Under the pieces are notes generated by a model that made no database searches, was not told where the DNA came from, and saw nothing but the letters and a program-made list of their open reading frames with translations. The position numbers were made by a program, and so were the translations under genes. 64,000 nt of DNA from an uncultured Candidatus Saccharibacteria bacterium (GTDB lineage: Bacteria > Patescibacteriota > Dojkabacteria > GCA-002793355), in contig CAZGEO010000002.1 of assembly GCA_964525295.1 (NCBI GenBank), forward strand, positions 1,230 through 65,229. Reading direction: 5' to 3'. Of this stretch, positions 7,855 to 19,600 are shown piece after piece (position 1 is the first letter of the stretch; every line of letters starts with the position of its first letter).

Positions 7855-9771
7855 ATGGGAAAAATATTAGGAATTGACCTTGGAACTACAAACTCGGTCA
7901 TGGCAGTAATGAAAGGTGGTACACCTAGCGTTATTCCAAATCAGCAGGGCTCGAATTTAACGCCTTCTGTTGTTTCTGAAGGTAACGACAAAGAATCTAT
8001 TGTAGGTATTCCAGCAAAAAATCAGGCAGTTTTGAACCCAACTAATACTATTTATTCGATCAAGCGATTGATCGGTCGTAGATGGGACGATGCAGAAGTT
8101 CAACGAGATATCAAACTATTCCCATTTGAAATGAGAAAAGATCAACATGGTGGTGTCGAAATAAAAATGGCTGACAAATGGTATAAGCCACAAGAGATTT
8201 CGGCCCGTGTATTGCAAAAAATGAAGCAGGATGCAGAAAATTATTTTGGGGAAAAGATTACAGAAGCTGTTATTACCGTACCAGCGTATTTTGATGACTC
8301 ACAGCGCCAAGCTACCAAAGATGCTGGCAAAATCGCAGGTCTTAACGTGCTTCGTATTTTGAACGAACCAACAGCAGCAGCACTTGCATACGGTCTTGAT
8401 AAGAAGAAAGAAGGTAAGATTGTTGTTTTTGACCTTGGTGGGGGAACCTTCGATGTTTCAATTCTTGAAGTCGGTGATGGTGTTTTTGAAGTACTTTCAA
8501 CAAATGGTGATACTCACCTTGGTGGTGATGACTGGGATCAAATGTTGATCGATATGCTTGCAAAAGAGTTCAAAGATAAAGAAGGTATCGACCTAAAGGA
8601 TGATAGTGCAGCATTGCAACGATTAAAAGAAGCTGCAGAAAAGGCAAAGATTGAACTTTCTCAGGCACAAGAAACAAATATTAACATTCCATATATTACC
8701 GCAACCAAGGAAGGTCCAAAGCACTTAATGCGCAAGATGACTCGTTCAGAGCTTGAGAAGTTGACCCATGAATTGATTAATGCAGTTGAAGCACCATGCA
8801 AAAAAGCAATGGCAGATGCAAAACTTTCGAATTCTGATATCAACGAAGTCATTCTTGTTGGTGGTATGACTAGAATGCCGGCAATTCGCGAAAAAGTGAA
8901 GAACATCTTCGGTATGGAACCAAAGCAGGACTTAAACCCTGACGAAGTTGTCGCAGTTGGTGCAGCTGTGCAGGCAGGCGTACTTAAAGGTGAAGTTACC
9001 GATATTACTTTGCTTGATGTAACACCTTTGTCACTTGGTATTGAAACTATGGGAAGTGTTATGACAGTTTTGATTCCACGAAATACGACAATTCCAACCG
9101 AGAAGAAGCAAACTTTCACCACAGCATCTGATAATCAGCCATCAGCAGAGGTCCACGTTTTGCAAGGTGAACGACCAATGGCGGCAGATAATAAAACTCT
9201 TGCAAAATTCATTCTTGATGGCATTCCACCAGCTCCACGTGGAGTTCCTCAGATTGAAATCGTCTACAAAATCGATGCTAACGGTATCTTAAATGTATCT
9301 GCAAAAGATACTGCAACTGGCAAAGAGCAGAAAGTTACAATTACCGCATCGACAGGTCTTTCAGATGAAGAGGTTAACAAGCTTGTTGAAGAAGCAGAGA
9401 AGCATGCCGAAGAAGATAAACAGCGCAAAGAAATTGCAGAAGTTCGCAATAATGCTGACTCATTAACCTTCTTAGCAGAGAAAACCATGAATGACCTGAA
9501 AGATAAAGTCGACGCAGACGATAAGAAGAAAGTCGAAGAAAAGGTCAAAGAAGTTCGTGAACTTCTTGCTAAAGACGCAACTCAAGTCGATAAAGACGAG
9601 TTGAAGAATAAGGCTGACGAATTAGGAAAGCTTCTTCAAGAAGTAGGTGAAAAAGCCTATAAGGCAACCGGTGGCACTCAACCAACTGGCGATGCCTCAG
9701 AAGCAGCACCAGTTGGTGACACCGAGCCAAAGAAGGAAGAAGGGCCGGTAGAAGGCGAAGTCGTAAAATAA
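7855..9771 (+). CDS. dnaK: Molecular chaperone DnaK (Hsp70)
   Basis: 638 aa. [17 protein letters not shown] and the full Hsp70 ATPase and substrate-binding domains are recognisable. Confidence 0.95.
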   Translation: MGKILGIDLGTTNSVMAVMKGGTPSVIPNQQGSNLTPSVVSEGNDKESIVGIPAKNQAVLNPTNTIYSIKRLIGRRWDDAEVQRDIKLFPFEMRKDQHGGVEIKMADKWYKPQEISARVLQKMKQDAENYFGEKITEAVITVPAYFDDSQRQATKDAGKIAGLNVLRILNEPTAAALAYGLDKKKEGKIVVFDLGGGTFDVSILEVGDGVFEVLSTNGDTHLGGDDWDQMLIDMLAKEFKDKEGIDLKDDSAALQRLKEAAEKAKIELSQAQETNINIPYITATKEGPKHLMRKMTRSELEKLTHELINAVEAPCKKAMADAKLSNSDINEVILVGGMTRMPAIREKVKNIFGMEPKQDLNPDEVVAVGAAVQAGVLKGEVTDITLLDVTPLSLGIETMGSVMTVLIPRNTTIPTEKKQTFTTASDNQPSAEVHVLQGERPMAADNKTLAKFILDGIPPAPRGVPQIEIVYKIDANGILNVSAKDTATGKEQKVTITASTGLSDEEVNKLVEEAEKHAEEDKQRKEIAEVRNNADSLTFLAEKTMNDLKDKVDADDKKKVEEKVKEVRELLAKDATQVDKDELKNKADELGKLLQEVGEKAYKATGGTQPTGDASEAAPVGDTEPKKEEGPVEGEVVK

Positions 9772-9923
9772 TTGTCAATTTTCAATTGCTAATTATTGAT
9801 GCGATTGATGGGGCGATTCTTATATATGTAGTATTGCGGTGCAGAATGGCAGTTGCCAGATATGCACCGCAACTGCTACTATAACGAATCGATTTCTCTT
9901 GATTGAGAATTGAAAATTAATAA

Positions 9924-10178
9924 TTGATAATTATAAGCTTGTCATTTTTCGATTTTTTCAAAAAGAAACCAGTGGCACAAGTTGCTGGCACTTTGGGATA
10001 TATTCCTGGCAGTACAACGCCCACGCAAGATCAGCCAATCACTTTTACCGGAGGAGAATTACAAAAAAGATTGTATGTTCAGCCAAATGTTAGAGCTGAG
10101 ACTGAATACACGGTAATTCCGATTTATACAGGAAATCCCTTTAGAGGAACTAAAGTCGCGACAGATGTTGTTTTATGA
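9924..10178 (+). CDS. small hypothetical protein
   Basis: 84 aa ORF whose stop overlaps the next start (ATGA coupling). No motif. Confidence 0.25.
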   Translation: MIIISLSFFDFFKKKPVAQVAGTLGYIPGSTTPTQDQPITFTGGELQKRLYVQPNVRAETEYTVIPIYTGNPFRGTKVATDVVL

Positions 10179-11077
10179 GGTACGTTGTAACCACAGGATA
10201 TGCGTTTACTGACATAGATTCGTATGCCTGTGTCATTGCCTACGCAGATTTATTACGATTGCAGGGTAAAGATGCCGTGGCCATTATTCCTGGTCCACTG
10301 AATGAATCAGTTATAAGAGAAGTTCGAGAATGGCCTGTTGATTACTCTACAACTTATTTTTCAATTACCGATGACGTATTCGTATTGCAAGACATTTCTA
10401 ATCCTGAATTTTTTGCAAAATTTGTTGATGAAAATCGAGTGGTGGTGGTCTACGACCATCGTCCAGGCTTTGAGGAATATTGGAAAAGTCGAGTAGATGT
10501 TATGTCAGTAATTGAAAAAGTAGGTGCATGTGCTACATATATCGTTGAAGACGCGGTTGCTCTTGGGCTGTTAGATAAACTCTCTCCGGTTTCGTGTGAT
10601 TTACTTTACACAGCAATCATCGGTAATTCACTAAATCTTAAAGCCGGCGTAACAACAGAACGCGATACTACTGCTTTATCAGCATTGACCCCATATATTA
10701 GTGTTTCTGCCGATTGGCCAGAAAAATTCTTCCGTTCAATGCAAGCAGGGATATTGAATGACCCTGTTGATGCCATGAAGAATGATACAAAGATAATGAA
10801 ATTTGCGAATGGAGAATGGGTTATTGGCCAGTTAGAATTATGGAATGCGAGTGAAGTTCTAAATAGCAATCAAAGTGCCTTATTGAATGCAATTCAATCA
10901 TTTCCGCAGCAATTTGGTTTTGTCACATTACCGAGTATCTCAGAGGCTGTCACCTATGTTTTGCCAAAGAACGATGAATCGCGGGAAATTTTAGAATCTA
11001 TAGGGCTTGAAGGTAATAAAGTTTCTCAACTTCGCTTAAGAAAAGAGTGGCTAAAGCTACTTCAATCACTAGAATAA
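10175..11077 (+). CDS. DHH-family phosphoesterase resembling family II (Mn-dependent) inorganic pyrophosphatase PpaC, with substituted His ligands
   Basis: 300 aa. [20 protein letters not shown] aligns to PpaC [29 protein letters not shown] stands in place of the DHH motif, VGACATYIV matches VGCTATIL, and AIIGNSL matches AIISDSL. Confidence 0.5.
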   Translation: [300 protein letters not shown]

Positions 11078-11085
11078 CGTATTCC

Positions 11086-11688
11086 TTATTTTCGAAAGTT
11101 ATTTTCAAACATCTTCCCATGCCCAGGAATAATCCATTTTGCTCCGCTGTCTAATACCTTTCGTCGGGACTCTTTCAAGGCTTCAAAGTCAATCATAAAG
11201 GGATCCGGCTGGTTAATCAGTATATCACGTGATGTTGTATCTTGTTTCCCGTCTTCCCACCAGAAGACGTCTTGCGAGATGCTGACAATTCCATGCTCTG
11301 CGGTATCGATAAGTAATGAGTACTCTTCTTGTGCATGCCCTGGTGTTGCTAGCATCTGAAATTCTTTATGAATCCAGTAATCTTTGTGTGGTTCTTCAAG
11401 ATCATTCTCCCAACGCATTATTCCGTCGTATAAAGGTGTATCCGGGAACAACCTGATGTTCAACGTATGATCAAGGTGGTAGTGCGTCAAGAAAATTGCT
11501 GAAACGTCGCTTGGAGCAAGCTGTAATAATCGAAGTTTTTCAAGTAAAAGTGGTGCATTACAGCCAGGATCAACTAAATAATTACAGCCCTTAAATCGTA
11601 ACAGTATAGTCGAGGGAGTAGCAAAGTAACGTTCATCTTCACCAGGATATGCGTACCCCTCGATCAATATCGTCAGTGATGGTTTCAT
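11086..11688 (-). CDS. MBL-fold metallo-hydrolase
   Basis: 200 aa. THYHLDHT (HxHxDH) and downstream His and Asp ligands. Confidence 0.8.
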   Translation of the reverse strand: MKPSLTILIEGYAYPGEDERYFATPSTILLRFKGCNYLVDPGCNAPLLLEKLRLLQLAPSDVSAIFLTHYHLDHTLNIRLFPDTPLYDGIMRWENDLEEPHKDYWIHKEFQMLATPGHAQEEYSLLIDTAEHGIVSISQDVFWWEDGKQDTTSRDILINQPDPFMIDFEALKESRRKVLDSGAKWIIPGHGKMFENNFRK

Positions 11689-12293
11689 AAGTGCACCCCC
11701 TGAGCTTTCAGGAATTCAATATATTTTTCGAAGGTAGTATACACTGAAGTAATTATTCCTAATGACTGTGCTCCTAGCAGTTTGGTTTCTTGGTCATCTG
11801 CATAGACTATTTCGTTTGGCTCGAGTTCTGCTGCCTCAACCATTTTTTGGAAGATCCCGATATCTGGTTTTGATATTCCAACTTGATAAGAAAAAATTGC
11901 TACGTCGAAAAGAGCTAAGAAATTGAATTTTTCTTGAAGTACCTCGACTCGTGTTTTGTAATTATTTGAACATATCAGTGTCTTGTACCCTTGTGATCGA
12001 ACACTTTTTACAACACTCAAAACGTTTGGATCAATTTGATAATGTTTTGCATATAAGTTTCGGTATTCCTGTACACTCCACTGAATGCCAAGTCTGATAT
12101 TAACGCTCTGCCAGAAAGCTTCTTCGGAAAGTTTTCCGTTTTTGTAATCAATCATCTCATTTCCTGACAAGATCGCCTCTTTTACCTTCGTCTCGTCACC
12201 TCCTGAAACTTCGGTTAGTTCTTTTACTAATGCAACTAGTCCGGCTCTTGTGAAAAAAACTCCGTCAAGATCAAAGCATATTCCTTTAATCAT
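11685..12293 (-). CDS. HAD-superfamily hydrolase (subfamily IA-like)
   Basis: 202 aa. N-terminal FDLDGVFF (the DxD motif). Overlaps both neighbours by 4-8 nt. Confidence 0.8.
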   Translation of the reverse strand: MIKGICFDLDGVFFTRAGLVALVKELTEVSGGDETKVKEAILSGNEMIDYKNGKLSEEAFWQSVNIRLGIQWSVQEYRNLYAKHYQIDPNVLSVVKSVRSQGYKTLICSNNYKTRVEVLQEKFNFLALFDVAIFSYQVGISKPDIGIFQKMVEAAELEPNEIVYADDQETKLLGAQSLGIITSVYTTFEKYIEFLKAQGVHL

Positions 12294-12843
12294 TAGAAAA
12301 TTTCTTAATAAATAATTTCGATTCCCAATCTAATATTGCGTAACTTGGCATAGGTATAGTGTTATGCAGTTCCAGGGCTGTCCTTTCCTCGAATTGTGAT
12401 GCAAAGAGTGAAAGTACATTGGCATGCGCGACTATTCCAATTTGATCGGCTGATTCTTTCATTATTATGTCTTCAACTGCGGTCGAGAATCTGCGTAGTG
12501 CCTCTTCAGTCGTTTCTCCCTCGTTAATTCTTGTACCCGGGTTGTTATACCAGTTTGTTACCGTTTCCTCGTAATTTTCGAAGAATTTTTTTGTAATTGA
12601 GGTCGCCTCGGTTAATTCTGGAATAACCTTGATCGGGATATAATTGTCTTTTGCTAACAATATTGTCGTGTGCAGGGCTTTGGTCTGATCACTACAATAA
12701 ATAACGTTAAGAGTTTTTATGATGGGGTCACGCGCCAACGTCTCCGCCATTTGTACTCCTTCTGGTGAAAGTCGCCATTGCAAATTGCATACTTCCGGTT
12801 GGAATATTGTCTTCGAATGTCTTATGAGTATCAGTTTTTTCAT
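12286..12843 (-). CDS. Histidine phosphatase (phosphoglycerate mutase) family protein
   Basis: 185 aa. N-terminal LILIRHSKT (the RHG-type catalytic motif) and a later HAN motif. Confidence 0.7.
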   Translation of the reverse strand: MKKLILIRHSKTIFQPEVCNLQWRLSPEGVQMAETLARDPIIKTLNVIYCSDQTKALHTTILLAKDNYIPIKVIPELTEATSITKKFFENYEETVTNWYNNPGTRINEGETTEEALRRFSTAVEDIIMKESADQIGIVAHANVLSLFASQFEERTALELHNTIPMPSYAILDWESKLFIKKFSND

Positions 12844-12851
12844 ACCAATTT

Positions 12852-13907
12852 CTAAAATTTAACTAATTCACTCGTATTAGTCGTTCCCTTGAAATCGCTA
12901 CCTTTTACCGTGGCAGAATAATTGTGCTCGTGCACACTTCCGTCGTCAAGCGTTAGCTTCATTTTCCAGGACATTGTTGCATCCATCTGATTACGAGAAA
13001 TTCCATAAGAAACTTCGTGCGAGGCGATATCGTAAGCGGTATTTATATTTGTCGATCTGGCAACATCAATGTATTTAAAGCGTAAACCAAGAAAGCCCAT
13101 CTTGCGAGCTACTTCATCATTGTAATCACAGCTGTAATCTGCATTGCAAATTTTTGGTGAATATGTAGTTCCAAGAGAAGGCATTCGTTCATAATCTGCT
13201 GCGGTATAGTACCCGAATGAATTCCAGTCTTCAAATTCTTGGGTTGATCCAATGGTTCCGCCATTTGCAGACTGACTCACGTGTGAATGTGGCAAAATGT
13301 ATAATTTTCCTGAGGGCAGTTTCGTTTGAATTGAAATATCTGAAATCTCAGCTTTTACAACGTTTCTGGTTTGATCGTTGACTTGGTAACTAAACCTCAC
13401 TGTGTAAGTAACGTGTTTAGAGACCGTTTTCGCCGAATTTGAAGTTATGTGACTGCCAACCCAGATGTTCGCATAACTTCCTTCAGTAAAGTTTATGGCA
13501 GGTATTGGTGTCGGTTCGTTGTTACTGATCGAATCAGAAGTAGGAGATTTTATTATGACAGTATCGTAAACTCGTCTGTTTGGAAAAATTAAACTGAGTA
13601 TGATGAAAAGAATCAGTATTAAGAACGTTGCTACCTCTATCGCAAAATTACTTAATGGTGGAGGAATTTTTAAGACAGTGAATATGTTGCTAAGTTGTTG
13701 CTGCAAATAAATATCCCTTTTAGCAAAGAAAATTATCAATAACGCAAATAAAATGAAAAAAATGATCAACCGTACGAAGTGATAATTTAAGGAATTTAAG
13801 CCGTAGGGGAGTAAGTAAAATTTCATTATCAATAACGTTACGAGTAGTAATATTGCAAGAATTGCAATATTTGGATGCTCTGAAATAAATTGTTTTATCT
13901 TCTGCAT
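12852..13907 (-). CDS. Membrane protein of unknown function (N-terminal TM segments, C-terminal extracytoplasmic domain)
   Basis: 351 aa with 3-4 hydrophobic helices in the first 110 aa followed by a hydrophilic Cys-containing domain. First gene of the hydrolase operon. Confidence 0.45.
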   Translation of the reverse strand: MQKIKQFISEHPNIAILAILLLVTLLIMKFYLLPYGLNSLNYHFVRLIIFFILFALLIIFFAKRDIYLQQQLSNIFTVLKIPPPLSNFAIEVATFLILILFIILSLIFPNRRVYDTVIIKSPTSDSISNNEPTPIPAINFTEGSYANIWVGSHITSNSAKTVSKHVTYTVRFSYQVNDQTRNVVKAEISDISIQTKLPSGKLYILPHSHVSQSANGGTIGSTQEFEDWNSFGYYTAADYERMPSLGTTYSPKICNADYSCDYNDEVARKMGFLGLRFKYIDVARSTNINTAYDIASHEVSYGISRNQMDATMSWKMKLTLDDGSVHEHNYSATVKGSDFKGTTNTSELVKF

Positions 13908-14009
13908 GTCTTTAGTGTAATCCTTTTGCGTAGAATTTCAATAAGGAAAACCTTTCTAAGATTTGCTTTTTAGGGTAGAATGGAATGAAAACTTGAAAAA
14001 ATAAAGTCG

Positions 14010-15665
14010 ATGTCAGTACTTAAAACCAATATTGCTAAAATCCTCATAGTATTGGCTGTTTTTGTATCACTTCCAATTGCAGTTATTGTTCCCCGAGTAA
14101 TTGCGGATACAACAACAACTCAGGTAACAGTTTCTAATTCAGCTCCTTCGTTTTCGATAGCTCCCTACGAGTCACCTGCCTCAACTGCAACTGCCCCTAC
14201 AAGTGTTGGAAATACAGTAACTTTTTATGCAACCGCAACCGATTCAAATGGCGATGCTTATCGTCTAGTACTGTGTAAAACAAATGCAATTACTGCGAAT
14301 GGTGTCTCAGATCCAATTTGTGGTGGCGGCTCCTATTGTTTATCATCATCAACCACTTCAGGAAATCAAGCAAGTTGTGCCTATACCGCACTTTCTGGCG
14401 ACCCAGAAAGTAATGCATGGTATGCATTTGTGTGTGATGTAGTTTCTGGTTCTGCATGCTCTTCGGCTGCACAGGGCACTGGCGATGCTGGTTCACCATT
14501 TTCTGTAAACCATCAACCAGCTTTTACAGCAATTACTGAGAATTCTGCCTTACCTGGGGCAGATATTACGTTTAGCGCGACAGCTAGTGATTTTGATGTA
14601 GAAAGTACTGCCGATCAGGTTCGTTTAGTAGTTTGTTCAACCGCAGGCGCAACTGCTGATGGTTGTACTGTTCCAGCAAATCAGCTCTGCATAAGTTCTT
14701 ATACTGCAACAAATCCTAGTTGTTCCTATACCTTACCGAGTGTGAGGCAAGATGGAAATGTTACGTATTATCCATATGTATTTGATTCACATAACCTTGG
14801 TGCAGCAAATAACCCGCTGGCGAGCCAACAATATACCGTGCTGAATAGTGCTCCAGTTGTTTCAGATGTCGTTATTAACGGTGGAAATCCAATTTCATTG
14901 ACTGCTGGCACAGCAACGAATTTCACGGTAACGGGCACAGTAACAGATATCAATTCTTGTCAGGATATTGCTAATGTTCGAACAAGTACCTATCGTTCAG
15001 GCGTCGGATATTCAGCATGTGACGAAGTTTCGGAACAGAATTACAATTACTGTTATGCTTTAGTGAGTTGTAGTGTTGTTGGTGGTACGTGTTCGAGCGC
15101 ATCAGATGGAGTGAGTGATTATTCTTGCACTGTCTCAATGCAATTTAACGCGGATGCAACTACTTCTGGAACGTTGTTTCCAACTGAAAACTGGTTGGCA
15201 ACATTACGTGCTGCAGATTCCTCATTAGTTGGAACTGCCGAAACTGTTACCGGTGTAGAGGTTAATACCTTGTTGGCATTATCGCTTGATGCATTGGTAG
15301 CGTATGGTAATGTTGGTGCAGGTACTGATACAGGTGCAACAAATGCTACAACAACGGTATCGGCTGTTGGAAATGTTGGGCTGGACATTGAAGTCTCTGG
15401 TACAAGTATGACAAATGGTACCGATACCATTCCGGTCGCAAATCAGAAGTATTCGACAGCATCATTTACTTATTCATTAGCGGGAACGGCACTATCTACA
15501 ACGCCGACTTTTGTTCCTTTGCATGTGACTAAAACTACTTCTTACTCAACACCAGCTTCAAAATTGATGTACTGGGGAATTGCAATTCCTGCTGGAATTA
15601 GTATGGGAACATATACTGGTACAAATACGTTAACAGCTATATTAAGTGATACGGTGAATTGGTAA
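14010..15665 (+). CDS. Secreted Cys-rich surface protein with a C-terminal WxL-like domain
   Basis: 551 aa with an N-terminal signal/TM. Internally duplicated Cys-rich modules. The C-terminal ~130 aa (..DIEVSGTSMTNGTDTIPVA..YWGIAIPAG..GTYTGTNTLTAILSD) resembles the WxL cell-wall-binding domain and is shared with the 1359-aa protein. Confidence 0.55.
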   Translation: MSVLKTNIAKILIVLAVFVSLPIAVIVPRVIADTTTTQVTVSNSAPSFSIAPYESPASTATAPTSVGNTVTFYATATDSNGDAYRLVLCKTNAITANGVSDPICGGGSYCLSSSTTSGNQASCAYTALSGDPESNAWYAFVCDVVSGSACSSAAQGTGDAGSPFSVNHQPAFTAITENSALPGADITFSATASDFDVESTADQVRLVVCSTAGATADGCTVPANQLCISSYTATNPSCSYTLPSVRQDGNVTYYPYVFDSHNLGAANNPLASQQYTVLNSAPVVSDVVINGGNPISLTAGTATNFTVTGTVTDINSCQDIANVRTSTYRSGVGYSACDEVSEQNYNYCYALVSCSVVGGTCSSASDGVSDYSCTVSMQFNADATTSGTLFPTENWLATLRAADSSLVGTAETVTGVEVNTLLALSLDALVAYGNVGAGTDTGATNATTTVSAVGNVGLDIEVSGTSMTNGTDTIPVANQKYSTASFTYSLAGTALSTTPTFVPLHVTKTTSYSTPASKLMYWGIAIPAGISMGTYTGTNTLTAILSDTVNW

Positions 15666-15666
15666 T

Positions 15667-16635
15667 ATGGAGAAAAACTGCCCGAAAATTATTTTTCAAA
15701 TGAGTGGAATTGTCGCATTGCTTCTGTGCAGCTTTATTGTAAATTTTGCTCCCGTAAATGCTGCCAACTCAAGTTTGGGCGTTTCCCCTTCGGAAATAAA
15801 GAACGAATATTTGGTTCGTGGCGCGAAATATACAGAAGTAATAACTATTTCGCGCACAGATGCATCTGCCGAAGCGAAGATTCGATTTATTGTTGATGAT
15901 TCAACCATAGAAGATTGGATAGTTTTCGCAGATGGTGCCCAATTGCAGATGGCAAAAGGAGTGCATCGTATTGCACAGAGAGTAGAAATTACGATTCCTG
16001 CAAATGCTGCGTATAAGGCCTATGATGGTTCAATTCGTGTCGTTATGGAGGGGCCTTCGGCTGGGCAAGTGAATATACTCCCCGGTGTCAAACTTGATGT
16101 ATCTCTGGCAGTTTCTGATAAAGTGTTCACAAAATTACGCGTTCTATTTATCAAATTTTTACCTTCTGCTCAGGGGCAACCCTATGCTGCAAGTATCAAA
16201 ATTGCAAATGAGGGCAACAGTGAGATAGCCCCCGATAAACTAGTAGTTAAAATATTTGATACAAGTAAGAATTTACTACGCACGATAACAATAAAGGATA
16301 TTCCAAAGGTAAAAGCCTTTACTACTGCAGAAATTCCATTGTTCCTGACCGATAGAGAACCTTTAGGAGAAGGTGAATATCTGACTGAAGTGGCCTTATT
16401 CCAAGGTGAAAACGAAATTTTTTCAGATGTAGCATCATTGGTAGTTTTTATTGGAAAACCAACTGAAATTACGGTATCACCAACCCCAACTGGGGCGACT
16501 TCGGGTACTCTCTCTCTCTTGCAAATAATGACTGGTTTATTAGTATTGATCATTGTATTGTTACTCGCAGGCCTTATTGGTATTTGGTTTGTTTTTGTCA
16601 AAAAGAAAAATAAGGATGATGACGTTCCTAGGTAG
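15667..16635 (+). CDS. Cell-surface protein with N-terminal signal and C-terminal TM anchor (DUF916/DUF3324-like partner of WxL proteins)
   Basis: 322 aa. Signal peptide, Ig-like middle, and a C-terminal hydrophobic helix followed by KKKNKDDD. Its position between two WxL-like proteins mirrors csc/WxL loci. Confidence 0.45.
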   Translation: MEKNCPKIIFQMSGIVALLLCSFIVNFAPVNAANSSLGVSPSEIKNEYLVRGAKYTEVITISRTDASAEAKIRFIVDDSTIEDWIVFADGAQLQMAKGVHRIAQRVEITIPANAAYKAYDGSIRVVMEGPSAGQVNILPGVKLDVSLAVSDKVFTKLRVLFIKFLPSAQGQPYAASIKIANEGNSEIAPDKLVVKIFDTSKNLLRTITIKDIPKVKAFTTAEIPLFLTDREPLGEGEYLTEVALFQGENEIFSDVASLVVFIGKPTEITVSPTPTGATSGTLSLLQIMTGLLVLIIVLLLAGLIGIWFVFVKKKNKDDDVPR

Positions 16636-19600
16636 ATTACTTCGTAAACGTGTCGTGCTGTTTTTAATTTTTCTTACCTTTTTAGTTCCCGGTATAGAGC
16701 CAGTTTCTGCAGTTAATGTTACTGGTACAATTTCGACAAATACAACATGGAATACCTCGGGAACGCCATACGTTATGACAGGAAATGTGACGGTTGCAAG
16801 TGGTGTCACCCTCACGATTGATGGAACTGCAGGCTTAGTTGAAGTAAGAAGCGGTGGTAATTACAGGTTGACGGTAAATACTGGTGGCACGCTAATTGTT
16901 ACTGGAACTTCAGCGAATCCTGTTAGATTTACGCATAATACATCAACGAGTTTAGGCGCATGGGGGGGAGTTAGGGTCGCTTCTGGCGGTACTGCAACGG
17001 TAAACTACGCAAGAATGACCTATTCGTCTACGTCATTCATGGCAGATGGTGGGACCTTAGTAGTAAATGACTCAGTATTAGAATCAAATACAAATGGTCT
17101 TGTTGTCGCGAGTACTGGAAATATTACGACTGCAAGAAACACTTTTATCAAGAATACCTATCCAATATCTTTGGAGTGGGAGTCCACATATTCGTTTGGT
17201 ACCGGTGCAGACGCAGATATTCTTGGAACAGATACGAATAAAAATACGTACAATGTTTTGGCAGTTGGTAATTATGATCCATATGGAAACAACTGTCCTG
17301 CAAATGTATGTACAATATCACAGAGAACTTTTGCGGGAATCGCAAATATTCCCTATCAAGTTGTGCCTACAACATATTTTCTCGATTCAGCCGATGACTT
17401 ATATATTTTTGATGCAGGTGTCATAATAAAAGTTGCCAGTAGATTGCACTTTAGACAGGCAACTCGGGTACAGTTCAATAGTTCAAGTGGTAATAATGTA
17501 ATTTTCACGAGTATTCACGATGATACGGTCGGTGGCGATAGCAATAATAATGGCACAGCAACTTCGCCCGCAGCCGGAAATTGGTATGGAATTGTGGTTC
17601 AGTCGAGTCAAGCACAGACATATTCATTTTGTACTATAAAGTATTCGATTTATGGCATTTATGCGAGTGCTGCCACAGCAAATGTTTTGATAACTGATTC
17701 AATTTTCGATAGAAACACTGATGCAGTTAATGCGACAAATGGGGCAACAATTCAGACCGCTCGCAATACCTTTACTCGTAATGATTTTGCAATAAGTGTC
17801 GATTGGGAGGCAACTTACAATTTTGGTGCTGGCGCAGATGTCGACATAATTGGAATAGGTGCTGATAGCAATAAGTATAATGCCATTGGCGTAGGGAATC
17901 AGGATGCTACCGTCTCAGATTGTCCGGCAAATAGCTGTGTGGTTCAAAAGAAAAACTTTGCTGGTATTACAAATATTCCATATATGCAGACATCCACATA
18001 TTATTATATTACTGGAAACGATGACACGACTACCATAGAACCCGGAGTGATTATTAAGAGTACAGGACGTATGTATATTCGTGGTACGTCCAAACTTGTC
18101 GCACAGGGTACTGTAGGCGAACCAATTTATTTTACGAGCTATCGAGATGATTCAATTGGTGGAGATTCAAATAATGATTCAACAACAACAACTCCAGCTG
18201 CAGGTAACTGGATTGGGGTGATTTTTGAAAATTCTGTGAATCAAACGGTAAGTAATTGTGTCGTTCGATATGCAGAACACGGCATTACTGCAAGTGGAAA
18301 CACTGGCCTTGTAACTATTCAAGATAATGTATTTGAGAATAATTCTTATGCGGTTAATTCATATAGTAGAGCTGCAATTTCGACAGCTCGAAATACCTTC
18401 AAAAAGAATGTTTTTCCTGTAAGTATGGATTGGGAAGCGCAAGTAACTTTTGGTCAAGGTGCCAATACCGATATTCTGGGTAGTGGGGCAGATAAAAACA
18501 CATATAAAGCAATATCAGTCGGTGCATATGACAACAATAATACTGATTGTATTGCGAACCAATGTACCATAAGTCAGCTGACTTTTGCCGGAATTTCAAA
18601 TATTGATTATGTACTAGAACCTTTCATATATTACTTCAATAGTGCAGATGATGTTATAACGTTTGATCCTGGGGTTGTTATCAAAATGGATGGTAGAGTA
18701 CAGGTAAGCAATTCAGTAGTCTTCAACTTTAATGGTACCTCTGGTTCACCAGTTTACTTTACCAGTATTCACGATGATACTATCGGAGGTGACATTGCAG
18801 AAAATGGTTCAGCTACAGTACCTGCCCGTGGTGACTGGTATGCTTGGATATTTTTGGGGACTACTGCAGTAAGCTTTGATAATTGCGTTGTCAAGTATGG
18901 AAATGTAAGTGTTATTTCAGGCGCAGCCTCGGCTGTTGTGTATGTAACAGATAATGTTTTTGAAAATAATATCTATCCAGTAAGTGCAAATAATAATGGC
19001 GTAATTCATACGGCAAGAAATGTATTTCGCAAGAATCAAGCTCCAGTATCACTTGAATGGGACTCAACTTTAGTTCCTGGAACAGATAGCAATGCTGATA
19101 TCTTAGGTACTGGCATCGATGCAAATGATTTTAATGCTATTAAAGTAGGAGCACATGACAAAAATGCTACTAACTGCCCAGCAAATACGTGTACGGTATC
19201 ACAACTCACCTTTGGTGGAATTCAGAATATACCCTATTACGCAACGAACGAAATTGTCTTTGAAGGTACCGATGACACACTAGTATTTTCACCTGGAGTA
19301 ATAATGAAATTCGACGGTGGTAGCGTAACGGTAAGAAGTGGTGCAAAAATTTCGATTGCAGGAACTTCTGCAGGTCGAGTAGTTTTTACCTCTGCGAGAG
19401 ATGACTCGGTTGGGGGAGACACAAATAATAATGGTTCAACCAATGCACCTGCAAAAGCCGATTGGAATTCTTTGAATCTTCAATCTGGTGCTAATTCGGT
19501 CGCATTTGTGGAAGTCCGTTATTCCCGTGATGGTATTTATGCAACTGGGGGCACACTATCAGTTTCGGATGCAGACTTAACGACTAATACAAATGGAATG

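Noticed and set aside
8342-9778. Several 70-150-aa ORFs antisense to dnaK
   Set aside because: They are embedded in a highly conserved Hsp70 gene. His/Leu/Arg-rich antisense translations, so non-coding.
16553-16615. Longer start (16553) for the giant beta-helix gene
   Set aside because: The extension overlaps the last 83 nt of the upstream gene and encodes no signal peptide, whereas the ATG at 16616 is followed by a typical signal peptide directly after the upstream stop.
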